NCBI GenBank assembly: GCA_965228735.1
Contig: OZ245838.1
Coordinates: forward strand, 864,001-928,000
Source of the DNA: Planctomycetota bacterium
GTDB taxonomy: Bacteria; Planctomycetota; UBA1135; UBA2386
Reading direction: 5' to 3'
DNA: 64,000 nucleotides
Shown: positions 7,832-17,485 of the stretch, one piece after another
Position numbering within the stretch: position 1 is the first letter of the stretch
Layout: each line of letters opens with the position of its first letter
The notes under the pieces: generated by a model
The model's database searches: none
Seen by the model: only the letters and a program-made list of their open reading frames with translations
Told to the model about the DNA's origin: nothing
Program-made: the position numbers and the translations under genes

Positions 7832-10243
7832 ATGCCGACCATCCGCCGCGCCGTTCCATTCGTCGTCGCCGCCGCCCTCGCGGGCGCGGTGGCCTCTCCG
7901 CTCGCGAGTCAGTCGGGCTGGCAGCTGCCGCCCGAACCGATCCGCAAGGTCGCCGAGGCGCCCGGGGCGCCGGGTGCGAGCCTGTCGCCGGGCAAGACGT
8001 GGCTCGTGCTCACCGAACGCGAGCCGATGCCCCGACTCGAGGTGATCGCGCGGCCGCACCTCAAGCTCGCTGGCATGCGCATCGATCCGGTGACGCGCGG
8101 ACGGCAGCTGTCGACGCGCACGATGAGCATCACGCTGCGGTCGGTCGCGGACGGCACCGAACGCCGGGTCGACGTGCCCGCAGGGCATTGGTCGGCGCCG
8201 ATGTGGACCGCGGACGACCGCGCCTATGCGCTGTTGCAGCGCACCGACGCCGGCACCGAGCTGTGGATCGCCGAGCCGGCGACGGCTGCGCCTAAGAAGG
8301 TGGAGGGCCTCGTGCTCAACGCCGTGCTCGGGGCTGCCGCGCTGTGGCTGCCCGACCAACGCCGGTTGCTCGTGCGGCGCGCGACGGACGCCGAGATGCC
8401 GATGCGGCCGCGCACGCCGGCCGGACCGCGGATCCAGGAGACGCGCACCGGCGTGAAGGCGCAGGTTCGCACCTACCAGGACCTGCTGCAGGACGCCTAC
8501 GACGAGGAGCTGTTCGAGCACTTCTGCACGTCGCAGCTGGCGGTCGTGGACGCGGTGAGCCGCGAGGTGACGAACTTGGGCGAACCCGCGATGTTCGACA
8601 GCGTGTCGGTCTCACCCGATGGCTCGCTGCTGCTCGTCGAGACGGTGCACCGCCCGTTCAGCTTCGTCGTGCCCGCGAGCCGGTTCCCGCGCAAGACCGC
8701 GGTCTGGGACTTCGACGGCAACCTGCGTCGGGTCATGCACAGCTCGCCCCTGCGCGAGGCGATCCCGATCGGCGGCGTCGCGACGGGGCCGCGCGGCATC
8801 GGTTGGGTCGCGACGCTGCCGCACACGCTGACGTGGAGCGAGGCGCTCGATGGCGGTGATCCCAAGAAGCCGGCGGAGAAGCGCGACCGGACGATGATGC
8901 TCAGCGGCGTCGACGCCGAGCCGCGGCCGTGGTTCGACACCGAGTACCGCAGCTGGGGCATGTCCGTGGCGAGCTCCGGCGACCTGGCGCTGAGCAACGA
9001 ATACGACCGCAAGACCAAGATGATGCGGGTCACGGCCTACGATCCGCGCGATCCGAGCAAACCGGGGCGCGTGCTGTACGAGCGTTCTCGGCTCGATGCC
9101 TACGGCGACCCGGGCTCGCCGGTGTCCGAACGGCTCGCGACCGGCCGCAGCGCGTTGCGCTGTCGCGATGGGCAGCTCTTCCTGTCGGGCAGCGGCGCGT
9201 CGCCGCAGGGCAACCGGCCGTTCCTCGACCGGTGGGACGTCAGCAGCGGCCAGAAGCAGCGCCTCTTCCAGTGCACTGAAGGCCGCTACGAGACGTTCGT
9301 CGACTTCCTCGACGACAGCCAGCAGCGCCTGCTCGTGCGCACGGAGTCGCCGACCGACCCGCCCAAGCTCATCGTCGTCGATGCGCGGACCGGCGCGCGC
9401 GAGGACTTCCTCGAGTTTCCGGACACGACGGCCGAGTTCACGAAGGGTATCACGAAACGCCTGATCCAATTCGAGCGCGAGGACGGCGTGCCGCTGTCCG
9501 GCACGCTCTACCTGCCGCCCGACCATCAGGAAGGTCAGAAGTTGCCCGCGCTCGTTTGGGCCTACCCGCGGGAGTACGTGCGCAAGAGCGACGCGGGTCA
9601 GGTGCGCGCGACGCCGACCCGCTACACGCGGATGAGCGGCAGCTCGCACCTCTTCCTGCTGCTGCACGGCTACGCCGTGTTCGACCGCACCGCCATGCCG
9701 ATCGTCGGGCCGTCACGCGGCGCGAACGACACGTTCGTCGAGCAGCTGCGGATGAACGCGCGCGCGGCGATCAAGGCGCTCGGCGACACCGGGCAGATCG
9801 ACACGGACCGCGTTGCGCTGGGCGGCCACAGCTACGGTGCGTTCATGACCGCGAACCTCATGGCGCACTCCGACCTGTTCGCGGCCGGCATCGCGCGGTC
9901 GGGCGCCTACAACCGCACGCTCACGCCGTTCGGCTTCCAGAACGAAGAACGCACGTTCTGGGAGGCGCCCGAGATCTACTTCGCGATGTCGCCGTTCATG
10001 CACGCGCACAAGATCGACGAGCCGCTGCTGCTGATCCACGGCGCGGACGACAACAACTCCGGCACGTTCCCGATCCAGAGCAAGCGGCTGTTCGCGGCGA
10101 TCAAGGGGCACGGCGGCACGGCGCGTCTGTGCTTCCTGCCGCACGAGAGTCACGGCTACCGCGCGCGCGAGAGCGTCCTGCAGTGCCTCGCCGAGATGTG
10201 CAACTGGATGGACACGCACGTGAAGGGTAAGAGCGGCGACTGA
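7832..10243 (+). CDS. S9-family serine peptidase, secreted
   Basis: Signal peptide, propeller region, GGHSYGAFMTA nucleophile, HGADDNNSGTFP and LPHESHGY. Confidence 0.9.
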   Translation: MPTIRRAVPFVVAAALAGAVASPLASQSGWQLPPEPIRKVAEAPGAPGASLSPGKTWLVLTEREPMPRLEVIARPHLKLAGMRIDPVTRGRQLSTRTMSITLRSVADGTERRVDVPAGHWSAPMWTADDRAYALLQRTDAGTELWIAEPATAAPKKVEGLVLNAVLGAAALWLPDQRRLLVRRATDAEMPMRPRTPAGPRIQETRTGVKAQVRTYQDLLQDAYDEELFEHFCTSQLAVVDAVSREVTNLGEPAMFDSVSVSPDGSLLLVETVHRPFSFVVPASRFPRKTAVWDFDGNLRRVMHSSPLREAIPIGGVATGPRGIGWVATLPHTLTWSEALDGGDPKKPAEKRDRTMMLSGVDAEPRPWFDTEYRSWGMSVASSGDLALSNEYDRKTKMMRVTAYDPRDPSKPGRVLYERSRLDAYGDPGSPVSERLATGRSALRCRDGQLFLSGSGASPQGNRPFLDRWDVSSGQKQRLFQCTEGRYETFVDFLDDSQQRLLVRTESPTDPPKLIVVDARTGAREDFLEFPDTTAEFTKGITKRLIQFEREDGVPLSGTLYLPPDHQEGQKLPALVWAYPREYVRKSDAGQVRATPTRYTRMSGSSHLFLLLHGYAVFDRTAMPIVGPSRGANDTFVEQLRMNARAAIKALGDTGQIDTDRVALGGHSYGAFMTANLMAHSDLFAAGIARSGAYNRTLTPFGFQNEERTFWEAPEIYFAMSPFMHAHKIDEPLLLIHGADDNNSGTFPIQSKRLFAAIKGHGGTARLCFLPHESHGYRARESVLQCLAEMCNWMDTHVKGKSGD

Positions 10244-10310
10244 CGCCGCTCGCCGACCGCCGGGCGCGCGCGGCCGCGCGGCGCCACAGCGGCACGCCAT
10301 ACCGGCAGCG

Positions 10311-11675
10311 CTACACCGGCGGCAGTTCGAAGCCGCGCCGGTAGTCCTTGCCGATCCAGCTCTGCGCTTCGTTGTTGTTGGTGATGCGCATGAGCTCCGA
10401 GTTCCACTCGAGGCGCTCGCCCGCGCGCATCGCGATGTTGCCGAGGAGCATCGCCTCGGTGAACGGCGCCGCGTAGTCGAAGTTGGCCATCGGCTGCACG
10501 CCGTTCCTGATCCCGGCGAGCCATTCCTCATGGATGCCCGGCGATCGCGGCAGGAACGGCTGCGGCTTGTCGAAGCCCTCGAACTTCTCCTTCGGGTAGA
10601 GGTCGAAGCGCTCGCCGTAGTCGGTCGGCGAGTAGAGCTGCCCCTCGGTGCCGATCAGCAGGAAGCCGCCGTTCGCGAACTTCACGCCGGGCAGCTTCTC
10701 GGGCGCTGGTTTCCGGCCGCCGTCGTACCACGTGAACTCGACCGGGCCGCGCCGGCCGCGCCGCGGGAAGCCGTAGCGGATCGTCGACTGGTTCGGGAAC
10801 GTCTCGTCGTTCCTCTCCGACGTGTCGGCCTCGATCCAGTCGGGGGCGTCGAGCTCGAGCGCGAAGAACGGCAGGTTGGCGACGTGACACGCCATGTCAC
10901 CGAGCGCGCCCGTGCCGTAGTCCCACCAGCCGCGCCAGTGGAACGGCGCGTAGCCCGAGAACCCCGAGTCCTTGCGGCCCTTAGCAAAGGGCCGCCAAGG
11001 TGCCGGGCCGAGCCAGAGGTCCCAGCGGAACGAGCTCGGAATCGCGTCGATGTGAGTCGGGCGGCCGATGCCCTGCGGCCAGACCGGGCGGTTGGTCCAG
11101 ACGTGCACTTCCTTGACCTCGCCGATCACGCCCGCGCGGATGCACTCGGCCGCGGACCGGAAGCCGTCGAGGCAGGTGCCCTGGTTGCCCATCGAGGTGA
11201 TGACGCCGCTCTTGATCGCCGCGGCCTGCAGCAGGCGCGCTTCCTGCACCGTGTGCGTGAGCGGCTTCTGGACGAACGTGTGCATCCCGAGCGCCATCGC
11301 CGTCAGCGCGGGGCCCGCGTGGCTGTGGTCGGGCGTGCTGACCGTGACCGCGTCGAGCTTTTCGCGGTCGAGCATGTCGCGCCAATCCTCGTAGAACGGC
11401 GCCTCGGGATGGTCCTTGCGCGCATTCGCGGCCTTGCCATGGTCGACGTCGCAGAGCGCGACGATGTCGTGCTCCTTGGCGCACGCCCGCATGTCGCTGA
11501 GGCCCTTGCCGCCGCAGCCGATGATCCCGATGCGCAGCCGCTCGTTCGGCGAACGTGGTCGGTGGCCCATGGCTCGGCGATTCTGGGCGCGGGCGGGCGA
11601 GCCGCTCAGGGCGGCCGCGCCGGCGCTGGCGGCGGAGGCGAGGAGAAACTCACGGCGGGACGAGCCTCTGGTCAT
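10311..11675 (-). CDS. Gfo/Idh/MocA-family oxidoreductase with Tat signal
   Basis: SRREFL twin-arginine motif, IGIIGCGGKG, STPDHSH, QKPLTHT, GALGDMACH. Confidence 0.9.
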   Translation of the reverse strand: MTRGSSRREFLLASAASAGAAALSGSPARAQNRRAMGHRPRSPNERLRIGIIGCGGKGLSDMRACAKEHDIVALCDVDHGKAANARKDHPEAPFYEDWRDMLDREKLDAVTVSTPDHSHAGPALTAMALGMHTFVQKPLTHTVQEARLLQAAAIKSGVITSMGNQGTCLDGFRSAAECIRAGVIGEVKEVHVWTNRPVWPQGIGRPTHIDAIPSSFRWDLWLGPAPWRPFAKGRKDSGFSGYAPFHWRGWWDYGTGALGDMACHVANLPFFALELDAPDWIEADTSERNDETFPNQSTIRYGFPRRGRRGPVEFTWYDGGRKPAPEKLPGVKFANGGFLLIGTEGQLYSPTDYGERFDLYPKEKFEGFDKPQPFLPRSPGIHEEWLAGIRNGVQPMANFDYAAPFTEAMLLGNIAMRAGERLEWNSELMRITNNNEAQSWIGKDYRRGFELPPV

Positions 11676-11714
11676 GGCGCAGAGGATAGCCCGCCCGCGA
11701 CGGACGGCGACGGG

Positions 11715-13217
11715 CTACTTCTTCTTCGGCGGCATGTGCGGCTCGCGGCCGTGCTCGATGAGCTTCCAGCGGTCGCCGTAGAGGAAGTCCGGCGACTGCT
11801 CGAAGTCGTGGCACTCCGCGCACATCTCGGACGGCAGTGCGCCGCCGATGATGCCGAGGGGGTTCTTCTCGGGGCCGAGCATCACGTGGGCACTGCCGGG
11901 ACCGTGGCAGCGCTCGCAGCCGACGTCGAGCAGCTGCGGCGTCTTCACCGCGTCGATGAAGCCGCTCTCCTCGCCGTAGCCGACGACGTGGCACGACACG
12001 CAGTCCGGATACTCGGTGACGGGCCAGCCATAGCGTTTGGGGTCCTGCTCCGCGTCGACGAGCGTCTGCCACGCGTGGGCGTGCTTGGTCTTCTGCCAGG
12101 CGGCGTAGGCAGTCGGGTGGCAGTTTGCGCAGGTCTGCGAACCCATGTACCGGTTGCCGCTCTTGGTCGGCCGCCGCTCCGCGAGCTTCTGCAGGATGTC
12201 GTCCGCGGCGACCTGCTCCCGGTGCTGCAGCAGCATCGTCTTGACGTCGGGGTCACCGCCGCCGCCCGCGACGGTCTTGCTCGCCGGCAGGGGGACCGGC
12301 GTGTAGCCGATGCTGGGGCCATCCGCGGTGCGCGCGAGCGTCAGTTCGAGCAACACCCGTCCACGGATGCCGGCGAAGACGAGCGGCACACCCGCGACCG
12401 TTTCGGGCTGCGCCGCCGGTTCGCTGTGGGTCTGATCGAAGCTCACGACGAGGTCGGGAGCGGGCGCCAGCTGCGGGATGAGCTCGCGCGCCGCGGCGTC
12501 CGTGCCGTGATGCATCAGGATGCGGAGCGTCGAATCCGCGGCGCCGGCCATCGCGCCCTGCCAGGCCTCGACGGGCGGCACGAGCGCGAACGGCAGCTTC
12601 GCGGCGTCCGCGCCGCGCTCGGGCAGCGCACCGGTGAACGACGCGACCCGCACCGTGTGCTCGCGCACCGTCTTCTCGAGGAACGGCAGTCCCGGCCACT
12701 CCGTCATCGTCGACACGAGGTCCGACGTCACGGTCGGCACCATCGTCAGGTAGGCGGCCCACTCGTCGAGCTCCAGCAGCAGGTCGTTCGGGCCGACGCC
12801 GAGGGCGTCGTAGCCGGGGGGCATCATGAGCACCTGCAGCGCGGTGAAGCCCTTGAGCATGTCGAGCTCGGTCGCGCCCTGCACGATGTTGCCGCCCTCG
12901 AGCAACAGGTCGTAGTCGCGCTGCTCGCCGATGTGCTGCATGCGGCGCGGCAGCCCGCCGAGCTGGCCGCTCGCGCAGCCGCACGGCTCGAGTCGGCCCT
13001 GCATCGAACCGGAAACGAGGATCTTCACGCGGTCACCGGCCGGCAGCGGTGCGGCACCGCCCTGCGGGTCCTGCGGGGCGTCGTTCCGAGGGGCCCGTGA
13101 GCCGTTGGTGACGGGGCCTGCGTCGCGCGGCGCCTCCTTGCACTGGGTCGTCGTTGCGATGACCGTGCCGAGACCGAGGGCGAACAGAACAGCAGGCAGC
13201 GGCGAGAGACGTGTCAT
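11715..13217 (-). CDS. Tetraheme c-type cytochrome (c554-like) fused to a degenerate UshA/5'-nucleotidase-like domain
   Basis: Four CxxCH motifs (CANCH, CVSCH, CERCH, CAECH), N-terminal GRLEPCGC...GGLPRR motif and a signal peptide. Confidence 0.85.
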   Translation of the reverse strand: MTRLSPLPAVLFALGLGTVIATTTQCKEAPRDAGPVTNGSRAPRNDAPQDPQGGAAPLPAGDRVKILVSGSMQGRLEPCGCASGQLGGLPRRMQHIGEQRDYDLLLEGGNIVQGATELDMLKGFTALQVLMMPPGYDALGVGPNDLLLELDEWAAYLTMVPTVTSDLVSTMTEWPGLPFLEKTVREHTVRVASFTGALPERGADAAKLPFALVPPVEAWQGAMAGAADSTLRILMHHGTDAAARELIPQLAPAPDLVVSFDQTHSEPAAQPETVAGVPLVFAGIRGRVLLELTLARTADGPSIGYTPVPLPASKTVAGGGGDPDVKTMLLQHREQVAADDILQKLAERRPTKSGNRYMGSQTCANCHPTAYAAWQKTKHAHAWQTLVDAEQDPKRYGWPVTEYPDCVSCHVVGYGEESGFIDAVKTPQLLDVGCERCHGPGSAHVMLGPEKNPLGIIGGALPSEMCAECHDFEQSPDFLYGDRWKLIEHGREPHMPPKKK

Positions 13218-13250
13218 GCGGGGGATCGTGGGCGGCCGGCCGGACCGGTA

Positions 13251-14447
13251 TCAGGCATCGAACAGGATGAGCGCGACATCGAGCGTGCGGTCCTCGGCGT
13301 CGGTGGGGCCGACGACGACTTTGCCGCGGAACGGTTCGTCCAGTCCGCCGAGATAGCGGACGTACATGTAGCTGTGACGCTGCCGCCCGGGGACCGCCTC
13401 GAACCGGACCTCGAAGTGCTGAGCTGCGTCGTTGCCGTTCCGGTCGACGAGCTGTCGCACGCAGAACTCCGAACTCGTGCTCTCGTCGTGATTCGCGAGC
13501 AGGCGGTACTGTGCCGTCACCTCCGCTTCCTCCTGCGCGCGATCGAGCGGCGCGCGGAACGACAGCTTGGCCATCGGTGAGGCGACGAGGTCGGGCACGA
13601 CCTTCCACGTGACCGCGATGTTCACCGCGTAGTCCGGCAGGTCCGTGGCCACACTCACGATCGCGCGGGCGTTGCCGGGGGGGCCGGGGTGGCACGTCAA
13701 CCGCAGCTCGATCTGATCCGACTCGGTGCCGGTCGTGAGCTCCGCGGTGAGCTGCGGGTTGCTCGACCGCACGGGGCCGAACGTCACGTTCGGGTGGTTC
13801 TCGTCGCCGCTGAGGCGCAGCGGGATCGTCGGCGTGCGCGACTGCGGCACGGTCTCGAAATCGACCGCCGCGAACGGTTTGACCGTGACGGGGCAATCGA
13901 TGCCGAAGCGCAGGAGCAGCGGCCAGTGCACGCGTCGGAGCCCCGTGCGGTCGTCGACGGGCTGCAGCGTGACGAAGCCCTTGCTCGCGGTCTTCGGCAG
14001 GTCGACGGGGTCCTTCACGCGGGTCTCGAGCGTGATGCGGCAGATCAGGGTCTCGCCGGGGCGCTGCGCGTTCTCGGCCATCGGCCGCCCGTCGAGCAGC
14101 CGCTCGGTGCCGTCCGCGGCACGCAGCACGAGCTCCGGCCGACCACAGCCGCAATCGAGGCGGGTGCGAAGCGGGACGAACGGGCCACCCGCGAGCAGGC
14201 TCGTGTCGAGCACGAAGTCGTGGGTGCGGGTCTCACCGTGCGGTATCACGCCGAAGTCGTGCTCGACGGCGGGGGGAGTGCGCGGCCGCCCCTGCTGCAG
14301 GGGGCCGTCGGTCGGCGTCGCGGCGCCGACGGGCGGGGCCAGGCCCGTGCCGTCGTCGGACTCGCCCGAGCAGCCGGCCCCGACCAGGCAGCCGGATCCG
14401 AGAACCAGGGCAGCGGCGATCAGGGTGCGTCTCTCGTGGCGTGACAT
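13251..14447 (-). CDS. Lipoprotein with DUF1573-like Ig domains
   Basis: Lipobox-like VGAGC, HDFGVIP...HDF, DCGC motif and a second VDF.TV Ig-like repeat. Confidence 0.65.
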   Translation of the reverse strand: MSRHERRTLIAAALVLGSGCLVGAGCSGESDDGTGLAPPVGAATPTDGPLQQGRPRTPPAVEHDFGVIPHGETRTHDFVLDTSLLAGGPFVPLRTRLDCGCGRPELVLRAADGTERLLDGRPMAENAQRPGETLICRITLETRVKDPVDLPKTASKGFVTLQPVDDRTGLRRVHWPLLLRFGIDCPVTVKPFAAVDFETVPQSRTPTIPLRLSGDENHPNVTFGPVRSSNPQLTAELTTGTESDQIELRLTCHPGPPGNARAIVSVATDLPDYAVNIAVTWKVVPDLVASPMAKLSFRAPLDRAQEEAEVTAQYRLLANHDESTSSEFCVRQLVDRNGNDAAQHFEVRFEAVPGRQRHSYMYVRYLGGLDEPFRGKVVVGPTDAEDRTLDVALILFDA

Positions 14448-14558
14448 GCCGGACGCATAGTAGCGGACGTCGGGGGCGCAACGAAAAGACTCGCGGCCGC
14501 CCTCGACCCAGTGCCGGGGGCGGCCGCGATTGGTTGCCAGAGTGTCCGCCCGAGTAGA

Positions 14559-14574
14559 AGCAACGTGCGGGCCA
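14559..14574 (-). promoter_or_regulatory. sigma54 (-24/-12) promoter
   Basis: The minus strand reads TGGCCCGCACGTTGCT (GG-N10-GC). It is about 112 bp upstream of the 14447 start and next to an NtrC-family gene. Confidence 0.7.
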
Positions 14575-14740
14575 GGCGATCAGGAAATCATGCGAGGTGT
14601 CATGGCCGCGATGGCAGCGCCGGAACGCGTTCTCGGCGGGCATCGGGGCGCCGGCGAACACCGGTGCAGGGATGCCCCACCATGGCGGCACTGCCATAGT
14701 GGATGCGCCATAGGGGGGGGGCGGTCCCGCGGGGCGCGTT

Positions 14741-16105
14741 CTACCCGAGCCGCTTCAGCTTGCGATGCAGCGTGGTGTAGTCGATCTGCAGCGCGCGGGC
14801 GGCGGCCGCCTTGTTGCCGTCGCAGGCCGCGAGCGTCTCGCGCAGGATGCGCGCCTCGAGTTCGGCGCTCGCCTGGCGGACGCGTTCGGCCAGCGCGAGC
14901 GTCGGATCCCCCGTCGCCATCGTGGTGGCTGGCGCTGCTTCCTCGATCTCGAGGTCGCTGGCGTCGAGCTCGGTCGAGCTGCACATCAGGACGGCGCGCC
15001 TGACCACGTTGCGCAGCTCGCGCAGATTGCCGGGCCAGCTCGCGCCCTCGAGCGTCGCGACCGCAGCGGCGGAGAAACCCTCGATCCGCCGGCCCATCTC
15101 GCCGTTGGCCTCGTCGAGGAACAGCTGCGCGAACGTCATCACGTCGCCCCGGCGCTCGCGCAGGGGCGGAAGCGCGATCTCGAATTCGGCGATGCGGTGG
15201 TAGAGATCGACGCGGAACTCACCGGCGTCGATCGCCTGCTGCAGCGATGCGTTCGTCGCGGCGACGAGTCGAGCGTCGAACGGCACCGGCTCGCTGCCGC
15301 CGACGGGCGTCACCTTGCGCTCCTGCAGCGCGCGCAGGAGTTTGGCCTGCAGCGTGAGCGGCAGGTTGCCGAGCTCGTCGAGGAAGAGCGTGCCGCCGTC
15401 GGCCATCGAGAACAGGCCCTGGCGGCTCTTGTCGGCGCCCGTGAACGCGCCCTTCTTGTGGCCGAAGAGCTGACTCTCGAGCAGCGGTTCGGGCAGCGCG
15501 CCGCAGTCGACCGCGACGAACGGGCCGTCCTTGACCGGCGACAGCGCGTGCACCGCGCGCGCCGCGACCTCCTTGCCGGTGCCGGACTCGCCGGTCAGCA
15601 GCACGGCGACCGACGTCTGGGGCGCGACGACTTCGATCTTCTGCCGCAGCTCGGTCGCAACCGGGCTCGTGCCGAACTCGCAATAGGCCTGCCCCGCGCT
15701 GCCCGACGAGCGCAGGCGTTGCACCTCGCGACGCAGCGCGTGCTGCTCGGCTGCGCGCTCGGCCGCGAGGAGCAACCGCGGCGCCTCGAACGGCTTGGCC
15801 TGGTAGTCGAACGCGCCGTCCTTGATCGCTTCGACGGCCGTCGCGATGTCCTCGACGGCGCTCAGCAGGATGACGGGCAGGTCGGGCTGCGACTGGCGCA
15901 GCGTCCGCAACAGCTCGGTGCCGGGCATGCCCGGCATGCGGACGTCCGTCAGGACGACGTCAGGGGTCCGATCGGCCACGCGATCGAGCGCGGTCTCGCC
16001 ATCCGGAGCTTCCGCCACTCGGAAGCCGGCGTCCTCGAACAGGCCACGCAGCATCCACCGCATGTCCGGCTCGTCGTCGACGATCAAGACGTGGCGGTCG
16101 GGCAT
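14741..16105 (-). CDS. sigma54-dependent response regulator (NtrC family)
   Basis: Receiver domain (VDDE, D.RMPG), [27 protein letters not shown] and a Fis-type HTH. Confidence 0.95.
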   Translation of the reverse strand: MPDRHVLIVDDEPDMRWMLRGLFEDAGFRVAEAPDGETALDRVADRTPDVVLTDVRMPGMPGTELLRTLRQSQPDLPVILLSAVEDIATAVEAIKDGAFDYQAKPFEAPRLLLAAERAAEQHALRREVQRLRSSGSAGQAYCEFGTSPVATELRQKIEVVAPQTSVAVLLTGESGTGKEVAARAVHALSPVKDGPFVAVDCGALPEPLLESQLFGHKKGAFTGADKSRQGLFSMADGGTLFLDELGNLPLTLQAKLLRALQERKVTPVGGSEPVPFDARLVAATNASLQQAIDAGEFRVDLYHRIAEFEIALPPLRERRGDVMTFAQLFLDEANGEMGRRIEGFSAAAVATLEGASWPGNLRELRNVVRRAVLMCSSTELDASDLEIEEAAPATTMATGDPTLALAERVRQASAELEARILRETLAACDGNKAAAARALQIDYTTLHRKLKRLG

Positions 16106-17379
16106 GGTTCGAGCCTCTCGGTTTCGCGGTCGGTGGCAGACTCGTGCGTGCCGGCGCTCGCCATGAGCGGCGGGTCCGGGATCGCGGCGTCGGCGGGCAG
16201 CAGCAGCGCGACGCGGGCGCCGCCGTCGCGACGCGGGTAGATCGCGAGGCGCCCGCCGAGCTCGACGGCGATGCGGCGGCAGCTCCAGAGTCCGAGGCCC
16301 GTGCCGTCGGGCTTCGTCGTGTGGAACGGCACGAACTGCTCCATGCGGACCGGCTCCTTCACGCCTGCGCCGCGGTCCTCGACGGCGATCACCGTGCGTG
16401 GGGCGTCGGGCATGAACGAGACGCGGCGGATCCGGATCACGATCGTGCCGCTGCCGTTCGTGGCCTGCAGCGCGTTGAGCAGCAGGTTGAGCAGCGCCTG
16501 CGCGAAGAGCGCTGGGTCGACGTGCAGCGTCGCGACGGGCCCAGGCGCCTCGCGGCAGGTGAACTCGACCTGCTGGCGGCGCGCTTCGGCCTTCACCAGG
16601 TCGAGCACTTCGGCCACGGCGTCACGGGCCGGGACCGTCGACGTGCGATCGGCGAGCGGGCGGCCGAGATCGATCAGCGAGCTCAGCGTCGCGTTGGCCT
16701 TGTCGATGTTGCGCCGGATCACGTCGGTGTGCTCGGCGATCTCGGTCGGCGTGCGCGGCTTGCGGCACATCGACTCCGCGGTGCCGACGACGATCGTCAG
16801 CGGGTTGCGCAGGTCGTGCGCGATGCTCGCGGCGAGACCGCCGACGATGGCGCGGCGATCGGCTTCGACGAGCCGCTGCTCGAGTTCGCTGCGTTCGTGT
16901 TCGGCGGCGAGGCGTCCCGTGGTCTGCCGATCGAGGTCCCGGCGCAGCACGGCGTGGGCCTTCGCGACGTCCGGGATCCAGAGCATGAGTCCATAGGACA
17001 GCAGCGTGAGGCCGAGCAGGAACATCGCGCCGCGTTCGCACACCGCGCGCAGGTAGACGAACGCGGCGAGCTGCTCGTCGAGCGCGGTGAAGTGCACGAC
17101 GGCCGCGACGCTGAAGCCGAACCACAGCACGAAGAAGCCGGCGCAGATCAGCCGCATCGGCTGCCCATCGAACAGGCCGCGCCCGTGCGCCGACCGCGCG
17201 AAGAACCATAGCAGGAAGCCGAAGTAGGCCGGCAGGACCACGACCCGCAGCGCCTCGGGCGGCGAGGGCCACGCGAGCAGGATCGTGAGCAGCGTCAGCA
17301 GCGCGCAGCTCATCCGCGTGCCCGGCAACGCGGTCTCCCGCGCGCTCGGCAAGGCGGTGCGATCTTCTCGGCTTGCCAT
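16084..17379 (-). CDS. Membrane sensor histidine kinase
   Basis: Hydrophobic N-terminal segments, H-box AHDLRNPL, N-box NLLLNA, DRGAG, F.TTKPDGTGLGL. The start could be 17379 or 17313. Confidence 0.9.
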   Translation of the reverse strand: MASREDRTALPSARETALPGTRMSCALLTLLTILLAWPSPPEALRVVVLPAYFGFLLWFFARSAHGRGLFDGQPMRLICAGFFVLWFGFSVAAVVHFTALDEQLAAFVYLRAVCERGAMFLLGLTLLSYGLMLWIPDVAKAHAVLRRDLDRQTTGRLAAEHERSELEQRLVEADRRAIVGGLAASIAHDLRNPLTIVVGTAESMCRKPRTPTEIAEHTDVIRRNIDKANATLSSLIDLGRPLADRTSTVPARDAVAEVLDLVKAEARRQQVEFTCREAPGPVATLHVDPALFAQALLNLLLNALQATNGSGTIVIRIRRVSFMPDAPRTVIAVEDRGAGVKEPVRMEQFVPFHTTKPDGTGLGLWSCRRIAVELGGRLAIYPRRDGGARVALLLPADAAIPDPPLMASAGTHESATDRETERLEPCPTATS

Positions 17380-17485
17380 CGGCCGAACTATCGGCCCGAC
17401 GGTCGGCCGGACTTGCCCGGATCGCCGGCTGCGCGCCCAGCGCAATTGACCCGACTGCGCGCCGAGCCCGATCGCCGCCGGGGAT

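Noticed and set aside
11715..14447. Selenocysteine recoding in the CxC-motif proteins
   Set aside because: Both motifs are encoded by Cys codons in uninterrupted frames, with no in-frame TGA.
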